From NCBI GenBank assembly GCA_963771465.1, contig CAVYTU010000013.1, positions 128,001-192,000 on the forward strand: DNA of 64,000 bases, read 5' to 3'. The notes below the pieces were generated by a model. The model was not told the DNA's origin. It searched no databases and was given only the letters and a program-made list of their open reading frames with translations. This DNA comes from an uncultured delta proteobacterium (lineage in GTDB: Bacteria > Desulfobacterota > Binatia > UBA9968). The translations under genes and the position numbers were made by a program. Below are positions 28,797 to 38,744 of the stretch, one piece after another (the stretch's first letter is position 1; every line of letters starts with the position of its first letter).

Positions 28797-29564
28797 CTAT
28801 CGGCTGCTACGCGCACTTCGGCCATTCTTTTGATTCGCGTCGACTGCTCGCTCGGTCGCTTCCGCTTGCCACATGTTGGTGGTCACGTCGATTTTGTTAG
28901 CCTTATGGCTTGTCTTGTCTAAACTGAGTTGTACTTCGTAGCTTTGATCGCCTTTGACGATCTCCCATTCGGCGTAATCGGGCTTGTCGCTATTAACCGA
29001 AGTGATTTTCCAGCCCATTTTTTCCAGCTCTCGACGGTAAACGTCCTTTTCTTGTCCCGTTTTTAACGTTTGCTCGAGCTGCTCTTTTCCTTTAGTCCAG
29101 TCAGCGCGCCGGTCTCGGTCGCTATAACGAACATCGCCCCGGCCCATGGCTGGTACTTTGTTTCCTTTCAATGCTTTTTTCGTCGGGTCCGCTTTCCACA
29201 TGTTCGTAGTCACGTCGATTTTGCTCGCTTTGTTACTCTTGTCCAGATCGATCTGCACTTCGTAGCTCTGGTCGCCCTTAACGATTTCCCACTCGACGTA
29301 ATCGGCCTTGTCGCTATTGACCGCTGTGATTAGCCAGCCCATCTTATCGAGCTCGCGGCGATATTGCTCCTTGGTCTCGCCGAGCTTTAAAGCTTGTTGC
29401 AATACATCTTTTTGCTTGTTCCACTCGACGCTGCGGTCGCGGTCGCTGTAACGTCCGGCCGGTGTGCTCGTTACACTGTCGCTTCGTTGCGACCAAGCCA
29501 ACTGCGGCGACAACGCAAGAATCCCGATCAGTATTGCAGGCCCTCTAAAAATTAATTTTCTCAT
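28797..29564 (-). CDS. Secreted protein with two tandem ~110-aa repeats (PepSY-like)
   Basis: Signal peptide; YSDRDR...EWEIVKGDQSYEVQ...KIDVTTNMW occurs twice; AAGGAG RBS. Confidence 0.8.
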   Translation of the reverse strand: MRKLIFRGPAILIGILALSPQLAWSQRSDSVTSTPAGRYSDRDRSVEWNKQKDVLQQALKLGETKEQYRRELDKMGWLITAVNSDKADYVEWEIVKGDQSYEVQIDLDKSNKASKIDVTTNMWKADPTKKALKGNKVPAMGRGDVRYSDRDRRADWTKGKEQLEQTLKTGQEKDVYRRELEKMGWKITSVNSDKPDYAEWEIVKGDQSYEVQLSLDKTSHKANKIDVTTNMWQAEATERAVDANQKNGRSARSSR

Positions 29565-29604
29565 TTCTACGCTCCTTTTCGGTTTTTGCACAATTTATGA
29601 TCTG

Positions 29605-29620
29605 AGCAACTGTCGTGCCA
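29605..29620 (-). promoter_or_regulatory. sigma54 promoter
   Basis: TGGCACGACAGTTGCT. Confidence 0.9.
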
Positions 29621-29796
29621 CACCTAGGGGATAGAGAGAGCTGGCCCTCGTGGTTTAACCAATGCATGCGCGGATTGTCGTCTTGTTTCTGCGATGAGTT
29701 CGCGTTTTTGGGACAATCCTTTTAACGGCGCGATGGATTCGCTGTAGGGTCGGCGTGCCGGGTTGAATCTCATAACTTTAAATTCTTAACTCTGTG

Positions 29797-29812
29797 TGGC
29801 ATGTTGTTTGCG
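29797..29812 (+). promoter_or_regulatory. sigma54 promoter
   Basis: TGGCATGTTGTTTGCG. Confidence 0.85.
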
Positions 29813-29865
29813 CATGTTCTGTTCATCACTTTTTGAATTGGCGGGCGTAATAGGAGGGATTTTTT

Positions 29866-30414
29866 ATGGCGGACAGCGCTTTTCTGACGGATGTGAAAAC
29901 GCTACGGGAGCGGGCGCGGCAGCATATTGAGCATGGCGCCGTGACCGAGGGATACCAAGCTAACCGCGACGTCGTGTTGAAACTCCTGAATGAAGCTGTG
30001 GCTACGGAGATCGTTTGCGTATTGCGATACCGCCGCCACTATTTCATGGTGTCGGGGATCAATGGTCAGGGGGTCGGCGCTGAGTTCCTGCAGCATGCGA
30101 ATGAGGAGCAGGGTCATGCCGATCAAATCGCCGCCCGCATCGTGCAACTGGGTGGTGCGCCGAATTTCTCTCCTGACGGTATGCTCAGTCGCAGCCATTC
30201 CGAATATGTCGAGGGCGAATCGTTGATCGATATGATCCGCGAAAATCTGGTTGCCGAACGCATCGCCATCGATAGCTATCGGGAGATGATTCAATACTTG
30301 GGCAATGAAGATCCGACCAGTCGCAGGATGCTTGAAAACATATTAGCCGTCGAAGAAGAACACGCCGAAGATATGGCCACCCTGCTTGACCGTCACGAAC
30401 ATCCTCCGAGGTAG
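29866..30414 (+). CDS. Bacterioferritin-like ferritin-domain protein
   Basis: ATEIVCVLRY, HANEEQGH, LVAERIAI and EEEHAEDM diiron ligands. Confidence 0.9.
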   Translation: MADSAFLTDVKTLRERARQHIEHGAVTEGYQANRDVVLKLLNEAVATEIVCVLRYRRHYFMVSGINGQGVGAEFLQHANEEQGHADQIAARIVQLGGAPNFSPDGMLSRSHSEYVEGESLIDMIRENLVAERIAIDSYREMIQYLGNEDPTSRRMLENILAVEEEHAEDMATLLDRHEHPPR

Positions 30415-30686
30415 AGGGCTCGGTGTCGTTGCAACAAAGAATGGAAGAGTCTCTCGCAACGCAAAAGGAGTAGACGACGAACTAGATCGGCGAACTCATC
30501 ATGCAGGCACGCGCATCCAATTGTCTCGTGCATTGTTGATTCAGCTGGGTTTGACCCGGCCTCTGTGGTCTTCCATAGCGAAGGGGAGACAGATGAACAG
30601 TCGCCTGCTCATCTGTCTCGGGAGAAACGCCGGCGGGGGAAGAAAGACCGGCGCCGCGCGGAGCCAAGATTGAAAATGATGGACGA

Positions 30687-30839
30687 CTATACTCGTCCCA
30701 TTAAGGCGAGAACGATAATGATTAAAAGGATTAAACCAAGCCCGCCGCTCGGATAATAACCCCAGCCGCTACTGTAGGGCCACGTCGGCAGCGCACCCAC
30801 TAATAAAAGAATTACTATGATGAGTAGTATAGTTCCCAT
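30687..30839 (-). CDS. DUF3309 family small membrane protein (50 aa, not in the ORF track)
   Basis: MGTILLIIVILLLVGALPTWPYSSGWGYYPSGGLGLILLIIIVLALMGRV; AAAGGA RBS. Confidence 0.9.
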   Translation of the reverse strand: MGTILLIIVILLLVGALPTWPYSSGWGYYPSGGLGLILLIIIVLALMGRV

Positions 30840-30926
30840 AATGTGTCCTTTCTCGGTTGTCTAGTTCGCTCTTCTCTCTTTACGTTTTTCGAAAGCTCAC
30901 CATATCCTCCTCTGCGAGTTCCGAGG

Positions 30927-30942
30927 AGCAACAGCCATGCCA
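30927..30942 (-). promoter_or_regulatory. sigma54 promoter
   Basis: TGGCATGGCTGTTGCT. Confidence 0.85.
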
Positions 30943-30979
30943 GTCGGATAGCATTCTTATTCTCTGGAAAGATAGGGAG

Positions 30980-31061
30980 AGCACCAAAACCGAGACGAGC
31001 AGTTCCAGGAATGTCCCAATATCAGGAGGAGCGCGAGGATGGTGGTGTCAAGTTCGAGACA
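30980..31061. promoter_or_regulatory. Three 18-bp activator-like sites at 32-bp period
   Basis: AGCACCAAAACCGAGACG (30980), TGTCCCAATATCAGGAGG (31012), GGTGTCAAGTTCGAGACA (31044). Confidence 0.55.
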
Positions 31062-31232
31062 CTGTTTAGTTGAGTCGATTAATCCACGGGTCCGCGACTT
31101 ATCCAGCGCGGCAGCATACTGGCCGGAACTCAACCCGACAACCTGAAGGAAAGTTATACGTGTGAGGAGTCGAGATCGCGATTGCGCGAATCTCTCGACT
31201 CCTCACACCAACTGCTAACGGGGCGTGGGATG

Positions 31233-31541
31233 TTACGACGTGCGTTTTTGAATTTGCAGATTATTGACCACGTTGCGCACACCATCGACGCGTCGCGCAA
31301 GCTGTTCAGCGCGAGTTTTTTGCTCGCCTGACTCGACGACGCCATTTAGCGCCACGACGCCGTTATTGGTGTCGACATCGACGCGGGTCAAATTGGCGGC
31401 CTTGTCGGCGACCAGAGTACTCTTGACGGACGCCGTTATCGTCGCATCGTCGACGTTCCGACCCGCTGTTTTGCCGGTCATTGATTGGCAGCCCATTAGC
31501 GTCATCACCAACAGTGCCGTGACGATCGTTTTTATTTTCAT
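31233..31541 (-). CDS. BON-domain (OsmY-like) lipoprotein
   Basis: Lipobox LMGC; DDATITASVKS...VDVDTNNGVVALNG...VDGVRNVVNNL; GGGAGG RBS. Confidence 0.92.
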   Translation of the reverse strand: MKIKTIVTALLVMTLMGCQSMTGKTAGRNVDDATITASVKSTLVADKAANLTRVDVDTNNGVVALNGVVESGEQKTRAEQLARRVDGVRNVVNNLQIQKRTS

Positions 31542-31584
31542 ATGCTGATTCCTCCCTCGTAGATTACTATCGAGCAGCCATAAC

Positions 31585-31600
31585 CGCAAAAGCCGCGCCA
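31585..31600 (-). promoter_or_regulatory. sigma54 promoter
   Basis: TGGCGCGGCTTTTGCG. Confidence 0.8.
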
Positions 31601-31673
31601 GCTCAGTGCCGGTGCGATGCCAGCCAGAAATGATCGAGTGCAATTCTCTTTTCCCCATAGTTCTCGATTGAAC

Positions 31674-31723
31674 TAGCGCAGTAACGGGACATATGGGCGT
31701 GTTCATGTCGCGGGATTGGGACA
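31674..31723. promoter_or_regulatory. Tandem 18-bp palindromic activator sites between divergent promoters
   Basis: TAGCGCAGTAACGGGACA (31674) and TGTCGCGGGATTGGGACA (31706), 32 bp apart. Confidence 0.7.
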
Positions 31724-31790
31724 GGTTAGTCGGTCGGGGCAATTGCAGGTCCCTGGTTTTTCGCTCGGTTGATCTACCGGCTAGGATGAC

Positions 31791-31806
31791 TGGTTTGGTA
31801 TTTGCT
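31791..31806 (+). promoter_or_regulatory. sigma54 promoter
   Basis: TGGTTTGGTATTTGCT. Confidence 0.65.
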
Positions 31807-31826
31807 CCTAAAAGTTTCCGTGAACT

Positions 31827-33629
31827 TTGAACTCTGAACGATATAAGTACGAAAAGAACTTTGAGCTTGGCTCGAACCCCGCGCAGCGGGGCAGATTGCC
31901 AGGCGTGAGTTTTTTTGCCGCCGCGACGCTTTTCGTCGCGATTCTTTATTGGGCGCAGGCGATTCTGATTCCGATTGCGCTCGCTACGCTGCTGACGTTT
32001 TTGCTCGCGCCGATGGTGAGCCGGTTGGAACGTTGGCGACTGAATCGCGGGTTGTCGGTCACGGTTGTAGTTTTGCTGACGATTGCAATGCTCGGTGGAA
32101 CGATCTGGCTCGCCGGCTTGCAGGTGCGCAATCTGGTTGACGAGTTGCCCCGGTATCGCGCCAACATAAGACAGAAAGTGCGCGATTTGCGTAATCTTGA
32201 AAAGCGCAGCGCGCTGGAAAAATTTGGCACTATGATGGGCCAGGTGCAGAACGAATTCAGCAAGAGCGGCAAGCCGGGCGTAGCGCTGGCGCCTTTGCCT
32301 TCGCCAGCGACCGCAGCGCCGGTTGCGCCGTCGGATCAGCCGTTGATCCCGGATTGGATCAAGCAGCCGCTGGTGATGACGGGATTGGTTTTATTGTTGC
32401 TGATTTACATGCTGGCGCAACGCGAAGAGTTGCGCAATCGTATTGTCGCGTTGATGGGCTACGGCAACCTGCCGATTACGACCCATGCCCTTGAAGAAAT
32501 GGGCGAACGCGTCGGCAATTATTTATTAACCCAGTTGGCGATCAACACGAGTTTCGGTTTGCTGATTGCTATCGGTTTGGCCCTGATCGAGCTGCCTTAT
32601 GCCTTTCTCTGGGGCTTTTTGGCGACGCTCTTAATCTTCGTTCCGGTGGTCGGTTTCTGGCTGGCCGCCGGGCTGCCGACTGCGCTCAGCCTGGCGGTGT
32701 TTACCGGTTGGCTATGGCCTTTGGCGGTGCTCGGACTATTTGTCGTTTTAAAGACCGCCAACAACGTCTTGCTTGAACCGTTGCTCTACGGCAAAAGCGC
32801 CGGTGTGCTGCAAGTGCCGCTGTTGATCCTGTTGGCGTTTTGGACCTGGCTCTGGGGACCCGTCGGATTGATCCTGGCGACGCCGCTCACCGTTTGTTTG
32901 CTGGTGTTCGCTAAGCACGTGCCGCAACTGGAATTCCTAAGCTTGCTGATAAGCGATAAGCCGGCGATGACCTCGAGAATTGAACTTTATCAAAGACTGC
33001 TGGCGCTCGATTACGACGACGCGGCGGTCATCGTGGAAAATTTTCTGCGCGAGCACCCAAGCGAAGAAATCTACGACGGCTTGTTGCTGCCCGCGCTCTG
33101 CTACGTCAAAGCGGATCGCCGGCGCGGCGTTCTGAGCGAAACCCAGGAGCGTTTTGTCTTTGACAGCTTGGGCACCTTGCACGAAGAGTGGGTTAGCGAG
33201 GCGGCCGGCAGCGGCGCGCAATCGTCGACAGCCGCAAAAATTCTCCTGTTAGGCTGCCCGGCAGATGGCGAAGCCGACGAGATGGCGCTTTATTTTTTGC
33301 GCGTCCTGCTCGATGTGCAGCGCTTTGAGTGCGAGATCGTCGGCCCGGCCACGCTCGCGGCTGAGACCGCGGCGCGCGTGGGTGAACGGAGCCCGGCGGC
33401 GGTTGTCATCGCGGCGCTGCCGCCCGGCGGGCTGGCGCAAACCCGCTATCTCTGCAAACGGTTACGCCGAACTTTTCCCCAGTTAAAGATCATCGTCTTG
33501 CGCTGGGCTCTTGCGGAAGACCGGCAACAGGACCGCGAGTCCTGTCTCGCCGCCGGCGCTGACAACGTCGCGTTAACGATGCCCGAGGCGCGCGGCCAGA
33601 TCGGTAATCTTGCGTTGCTTAAGAATTAA
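31827..33629 (+). CDS. AI-2E family transporter with a C-terminal B12-binding-like domain
   Basis: IPIALATLLTFLLAP, EPLLYG, WGPVGLILATPLT; soluble Rossmann-like C-terminus; start uncertain. Confidence 0.88.
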   Translation: MNSERYKYEKNFELGSNPAQRGRLPGVSFFAAATLFVAILYWAQAILIPIALATLLTFLLAPMVSRLERWRLNRGLSVTVVVLLTIAMLGGTIWLAGLQVRNLVDELPRYRANIRQKVRDLRNLEKRSALEKFGTMMGQVQNEFSKSGKPGVALAPLPSPATAAPVAPSDQPLIPDWIKQPLVMTGLVLLLLIYMLAQREELRNRIVALMGYGNLPITTHALEEMGERVGNYLLTQLAINTSFGLLIAIGLALIELPYAFLWGFLATLLIFVPVVGFWLAAGLPTALSLAVFTGWLWPLAVLGLFVVLKTANNVLLEPLLYGKSAGVLQVPLLILLAFWTWLWGPVGLILATPLTVCLLVFAKHVPQLEFLSLLISDKPAMTSRIELYQRLLALDYDDAAVIVENFLREHPSEEIYDGLLLPALCYVKADRRRGVLSETQERFVFDSLGTLHEEWVSEAAGSGAQSSTAAKILLLGCPADGEADEMALYFLRVLLDVQRFECEIVGPATLAAETAARVGERSPAAVVIAALPPGGLAQTRYLCKRLRRTFPQLKIIVLRWALAEDRQQDRESCLAAGADNVALTMPEARGQIGNLALLKN

Positions 33630-33688
33630 AAATTTAAAAATCAAGAAAATTAGACGGAAAAAAATAATTAACTTACTAAGGACGCCGT

Positions 33689-34750
33689 ATGACAATCCCA
33701 ACCGAGCCCATCGGCAGCATCCCGAGACCTGCTAAACTGATCGAGGCGATCGCCACGCACGGTATCGATGATCCGTCATTAAAGCCGCTCTTCGAAGACG
33801 CAATCCGCGACACCGTCGAACGATTCGAGGCGACGAGATCGCCGGTGATCACCGACGGCGAGCAGAGAAAGTATCATAACTTCTGGACGTACAGCGTACA
33901 CGGATTGCCCAACGCGGCGGCGGACGGCTTTAAGATACCTTTCGTGGCCGGTCACACACGCAGGATGCTGCGGCTGACGGGCGGCCCTTTTCGTTACCAG
34001 CGCTACGCGGATAGCTATCTAGACTTGGCCTTGCGCTACGCTCACGTGCCAGTCAAGCAGGCGGTTATCTCGCCGTCGGCGCTGAGCCTGATGTACCCGC
34101 CCGAGGCGATCCCCGGTTATCCACGCGAGCAGTTCATTGAAGACCTGCTCCGCGAGCACGAGAACGAGGTTCGCGCCTGCCTGCTTAAGGGTGCGCATAA
34201 GGTGCAGATCGACTTCACAGAGGGTCGGCTCGCGCTCAAGATCGACCCCTCGGGAAATCTTCTTCACAGTTTTATTGATCTCAACAACCTAGCGCTTTCC
34301 CGATTCTCCGCGGAGGATCGCAAGCAGATCGGCGTGCACACGTGCCCCGGTGGTGACCTCGATTCAACTCACAGCGCCGATGTCGATTATGCCGAGCTGC
34401 TGCCGAGCTTGTTTGAATTGATGGTCGGGAACTTTTACATCGCGCTGGCGGGCGAAAGAGACCGCGTCCGCGTCCTGAAAATCATCCGCAAGTACATGAA
34501 AGCGGACCAGCGAATCTTCGTTGGCGTCGTCGCGCCGATTGATCCGCGCGTCGAGACGGTGGTGGAAGTTCGGGATCGGGTCCTCGAGGCGGCCGAGTTC
34601 ATTCCGATGGAGCAGCTTGGCACCACCGACGATTGCGGTTTTTCGCCGTTCTGCGATGACGCTTCGACGACCCGCGACATGGCCTTTGCAAAGATCGATG
34701 CGCGGGTACGGGGCACTGCGGTCGCAGCGCAGATTCTCGGAGGTGATTAA
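33689..34750 (+). CDS. Cobalamin-independent methionine synthase II (MetE C-terminal-like) family protein
   Basis: IGSIPRP, TDGEQR, QIDF, HTC and DDCGF Zn-ligand motifs. Confidence 0.88.
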   Translation: MTIPTEPIGSIPRPAKLIEAIATHGIDDPSLKPLFEDAIRDTVERFEATRSPVITDGEQRKYHNFWTYSVHGLPNAAADGFKIPFVAGHTRRMLRLTGGPFRYQRYADSYLDLALRYAHVPVKQAVISPSALSLMYPPEAIPGYPREQFIEDLLREHENEVRACLLKGAHKVQIDFTEGRLALKIDPSGNLLHSFIDLNNLALSRFSAEDRKQIGVHTCPGGDLDSTHSADVDYAELLPSLFELMVGNFYIALAGERDRVRVLKIIRKYMKADQRIFVGVVAPIDPRVETVVEVRDRVLEAAEFIPMEQLGTTDDCGFSPFCDDASTTRDMAFAKIDARVRGTAVAAQILGGD

Positions 34751-36774
34751 TGGCGGAGAGAGATCACGAGGAGGCTCGGCTTCGTTCCGTCGCTCTACAA
34801 AACGCCCGCAGCATTCGACTTGCCCGCCGGCGTGCCGAGGAGGCGTTGCGCAAGCAGTCGGAGTGGCTGCAAGTCACGCTCTCCAGCATTGGCGACGGGG
34901 TGATCAGCACCGACGCCGAAGGCTCTGTGAGCTTCATGAATGGCGTGGCTGAGTCCTTAACGGGTTGGACTCGGAAGTATGCGATGGGGCAACCGCTCGA
35001 CGACGTCTTCCGCATCGTCAATGAGTCAATACGCGAGAGCGTTGAAAATCCGGCTAAGCGGGTGTTGCGGGAAGGTGCCATTGTCGGGCTGGCAAACCAT
35101 ACTATCCTGATTGCGAAAGATGGCACGGAACGACCGATCGACGACAGCGCCGCGCCCATCTACGATGAGAAGCGGCGCATTGCCGGATGCGTACTGGTCT
35201 TCCGCGATGTTACCGAGTGGCGACGGGCGGAATCCAACCTGCGCCGTAGCGAACGCGAGCTCGCCGATTTCTTCGACAACGCTATCATTGGCCTGCACTG
35301 GGTCGGGCCGGACGGAGTCATCCTACGGGTAAACCAGGCGGAGCTTGATTTGCTCGGTTACGAGCGCGACGAATATGTCGGCCGGCACATCGCGGAGTTT
35401 CATGTCGAAAAGCCGGTCATTGGCGCTATCCTCGCGCGTTTAACCAAGGGTGAGGCGGTACGCGAGTGCCCGGCGCAACTGCGCCGTAAAGACGGATCGA
35501 TCTGCAACGTTCTGATAAATTCCAGCGCGCTGTTCGAGGGCGGTAAATTCATTCACAGTCGCTGCTTCACTCAGGATATCACCCAACTCAAACGGGCCGA
35601 GCAAGAACTCGCTGACCTCAGCCGCCGCAAAGATGAATTTTTGACGACCCTATCGCATGAGCTGAGAAATCCGCTGGCACCGATTCGCAATGCCGTGCAA
35701 ATTCTAAAGACGGTTGATTCTCCGGAACCCAAGCTGCGATGGTGCCGCGACTTGATCGACCAGCAAGTCAACTTGATGTCCCGCCTGATGGAGGATCTAC
35801 TTGACGTCAGCCGGGTCTTGACTGAGCGATTACCGTTGCGCAAGCAGTTGGTGGAACTACACACGGTCGTCGACGACGCGGTGCAAAGCAGCCGGCCACT
35901 CACCGAAGCCGGCGGTCATACGGTCACCATCGATCTGCCGTCTCATAGCATGATACTCGATGGTGATTCGGCCCGACTGATGCAAGTATTCAGCATTCTA
36001 TTGAATAACGCGGCAAAGTACATGGAAGACGACGGCCGGATCCACATAAAGGGCGACCTGGTTTCTCGAGAGGAGCACAACAGTATGCAAGAAGTGGTTG
36101 TCTCGATCAAAGATAGCGGCATCGGCATCGCGCCTGAAATGCTGCCGCATCTTTTCGATATGTTCTTTCAGGTCGATCGCAGCAAGGAACGTCATTACGG
36201 CGGCTTAGGGATCGGGCTTACGCTGGCGCGCAGTATTGTTGAGCTTCACGGCGGCCGCATCGCGGTTAACAGCGAAGGACTCGGTAAGGGCAGCGAATTT
36301 TTCGTGCACCTGCCGTTAGCCAAAACAGCCGGCCAGCCGGTCCAGGATGCCGTCGCTGGCAAGCCAGCGAATCCACGTTCGAGGCGTTGGTCCGGGTTGG
36401 TATTAGTGGTTGATGACAATAAGAATCAGGTTGAAAGTGTCACCGCGCTGCTGAAGATTTTCGGTTGCCAAGTGCGCGCAGCTCATGATGGTCTCAGCGC
36501 CCTTGAAGTACTTAAAGAGTTCACTCCCGAGTTTGCGCTGATCGACATTGGTTTGCCGGGTATCGATGGTTTAGAACTTGCCCGGCGCATCCGCAGAGTC
36601 AACGAGTATAAGAATATCGTGCTAATCGCGCAGACCGGCTGGGGAAGAGATGAGGATCGGGAAGAATCGCACCGAGCCGGTTTCGATTATCATCTAACCA
36701 AGCCGCTCAATTTCCAGCTGCTCGAAAAGATCTTAACGGGAGCGCGGCCCACGGCCGGGTCAAGCTCGGCGTGA
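34750..36774 (+). CDS. Hybrid PAS-PAS histidine kinase / response regulator
   Basis: Two PAS domains, SHELRNPL, GLGIGL and a C-terminal receiver (LIDIGLP); TAATG overlap with the upstream gene. Confidence 0.95.
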   Translation: MAERDHEEARLRSVALQNARSIRLARRRAEEALRKQSEWLQVTLSSIGDGVISTDAEGSVSFMNGVAESLTGWTRKYAMGQPLDDVFRIVNESIRESVENPAKRVLREGAIVGLANHTILIAKDGTERPIDDSAAPIYDEKRRIAGCVLVFRDVTEWRRAESNLRRSERELADFFDNAIIGLHWVGPDGVILRVNQAELDLLGYERDEYVGRHIAEFHVEKPVIGAILARLTKGEAVRECPAQLRRKDGSICNVLINSSALFEGGKFIHSRCFTQDITQLKRAEQELADLSRRKDEFLTTLSHELRNPLAPIRNAVQILKTVDSPEPKLRWCRDLIDQQVNLMSRLMEDLLDVSRVLTERLPLRKQLVELHTVVDDAVQSSRPLTEAGGHTVTIDLPSHSMILDGDSARLMQVFSILLNNAAKYMEDDGRIHIKGDLVSREEHNSMQEVVVSIKDSGIGIAPEMLPHLFDMFFQVDRSKERHYGGLGIGLTLARSIVELHGGRIAVNSEGLGKGSEFFVHLPLAKTAGQPVQDAVAGKPANPRSRRWSGLVLVVDDNKNQVESVTALLKIFGCQVRAAHDGLSALEVLKEFTPEFALIDIGLPGIDGLELARRIRRVNEYKNIVLIAQTGWGRDEDREESHRAGFDYHLTKPLNFQLLEKILTGARPTAGSSSA

Positions 36775-36889
36775 GTCGGCTTGCCGTTGGCCGTTCCATG
36801 GCCTGACGATCGTTATGCTGGTGCATAAAACAGCCGGCGCGAAAGTAATGGCATTGCCGGTCATTTGATTACTCCTTAGTTGAAATCGC

Positions 36890-36905
36890 CGCAAAACTAC
36901 GGCCA
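36890..36905 (-). promoter_or_regulatory. sigma54 promoter
   Basis: TGGCCGTAGTTTTGCG, followed by AAGGAG and ATG 36864. Confidence 0.6.
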
Positions 36906-37009
36906 TAAAATAGACACGCGTGACACACTGGCGAGGCCAAAACCAATGGAACAGTGAGCCGAATCATAACAATTGGAATGGCGGGAATGATTTGAACGCG
37001 CACATCGTG

Positions 37010-38695
37010 CTAACCCGACTTACGCTGGGGTGATTTACTCTGGGGTCGAGCTTGAGCTTGCCGTTCGAAACCGGGAAGGATCGCTTTGAAAAAAGCGTTC
37101 TGGACGATTCCCAAAATAGTTTCAAGCGTGCTGGTTTGCGGATTGGCAAGCTTGCCGCTGACATTAACTTCGGTTGCGACTTCGTCGCGCGGCGTGTTTT
37201 GTAAGACCCACGACAGGCCGCCGATAATTCCTTCATACAGCTTGCGAAAAATTCCTTTATCTTTATCTTGGCGCTGATCGTAAACGTCCATTTCATAGAA
37301 CAGCGGTTTTACATATCCTTCGATATTGCCGTTTCTGACTGAGAGTTCCGAATAGAACGAAAATAGTCCGGCGACCACGTCGAACTTGCCATAGGAGCGC
37401 CAGAGATTGTTCATTGACTTCATGTCTGTGTTTTCGATTGCCACCTTAAGCTCGAAGTCAGGTCCTTTGGGATTTGGCCGCGCCGTGAAGGCGATTTGGG
37501 TGGCGCCGCTGCCCATGAATTTGCCCCGTGCAGAGCCGGTCATGACGCCTTTGCTCGATTGATTGCTGAAGTTAGCAATTTGCAAGTCGAGCTCGTTCCA
37601 GAACACGCGATACTGTAGCTGGCGCGCCGCGTTGATAAATCCCAACTTGCCTTGAACCCGAACCTTATCGACGTTCACGACGAGGCTCGGAGCATCGCTG
37701 TATTTTTTGGCGGCGCTGTCGACTTCTCCGCCGGCCGTTTTGGCGACCGGTTCGGCCAGTTTGTGAATGTAGTCGACATCGGCATCTTGCACCTTCACCT
37801 CAGCTATTTCGATGCGCTCGGTTTTGGCGCCGTACTCGACCTGGCCGTAGGCGGATAAACGGCCCTGGCGCACGGTGATGTTGTAACGCTCGACGATCGG
37901 CTTGAAGTAGGCGAGATCGACATTTTCCAGAGCGAGGGCTTCGGATTTAAATGTGACATGAGGCTCGGCGAGGAGATCAGCGTGACCCTCGGCGCGAAGC
38001 TTGCCTTTTTCGAAGACTACGGCCTCGATCTGCACTGGCGAGGGATAAACGTTGGGATCGGATCTCACGTTGCGAATATTTTCCGCGAGCAGGGCGATCC
38101 TAGTTAACTCGAGAGGACGAAACGGCCCGTCATCGACGTAGGTAAGCGAACCCTCGCGAATCACGAAGCGGTTGATTTTAAGTGGATAGATTTCCTCGAG
38201 CGCTTGCTGCCAACCGCGTTCTTTCATCGGTACTTCATCGTCGAACTCTTTTTTCGCCTGTTTGCGATTGATGTAAAGTTTTGGCTTGTCGATTTCAAAA
38301 TCAGCTACCAGCCTTCCGCGTAGTAACGAGCGCCATTGGATGCCAGCGGTGAGATTGGCGATCTGCGCTACCGGCGGCTCGGGATTGTCGTTCTGACTGA
38401 TCACGGAGTTTTCGAGCTCGAGGGAAAGGCCGATGGGATGAAAGTCGAGCTTGCCAATACGCACCGTGTAGCCGGTGAGCGAACGGTTGAGGTTTGCCTC
38501 CATGCGCTGGCGCAACGGCTCATCGATAAAAAACGCCGCGAACACGATGAGCACAATTAGGACGATGAACAGAGCAGCGGTAAAAAACACCGCCTTCCGA
38601 GTTTTTGAACCGAAGAGGGTGTGGGTCAAGCCGGCACGCCACTGGCGCCCCCGGTGGCCCGAGCCGGAAGCATGGAGCCGTTCTGTTACACTCAT
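37010..38695 (-). CDS. DUF748 (AsmA-like) domain protein
   Basis: N-terminal TM, beta-rich body, GYVKPLF and NAFFKAI motifs. Confidence 0.85.
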   Translation of the reverse strand: MSVTERLHASGSGHRGRQWRAGLTHTLFGSKTRKAVFFTAALFIVLIVLIVFAAFFIDEPLRQRMEANLNRSLTGYTVRIGKLDFHPIGLSLELENSVISQNDNPEPPVAQIANLTAGIQWRSLLRGRLVADFEIDKPKLYINRKQAKKEFDDEVPMKERGWQQALEEIYPLKINRFVIREGSLTYVDDGPFRPLELTRIALLAENIRNVRSDPNVYPSPVQIEAVVFEKGKLRAEGHADLLAEPHVTFKSEALALENVDLAYFKPIVERYNITVRQGRLSAYGQVEYGAKTERIEIAEVKVQDADVDYIHKLAEPVAKTAGGEVDSAAKKYSDAPSLVVNVDKVRVQGKLGFINAARQLQYRVFWNELDLQIANFSNQSSKGVMTGSARGKFMGSGATQIAFTARPNPKGPDFELKVAIENTDMKSMNNLWRSYGKFDVVAGLFSFYSELSVRNGNIEGYVKPLFYEMDVYDQRQDKDKGIFRKLYEGIIGGLSWVLQNTPRDEVATEVNVSGKLANPQTSTLETILGIVQNAFFKAILPGFERQAQARPQSKSPQRKSG

Positions 38696-38744
38696 AAAGT
38701 TTCGCTGTGCCTCTCGCGATCTCGAAGTCTTCAGATTCCGACTT

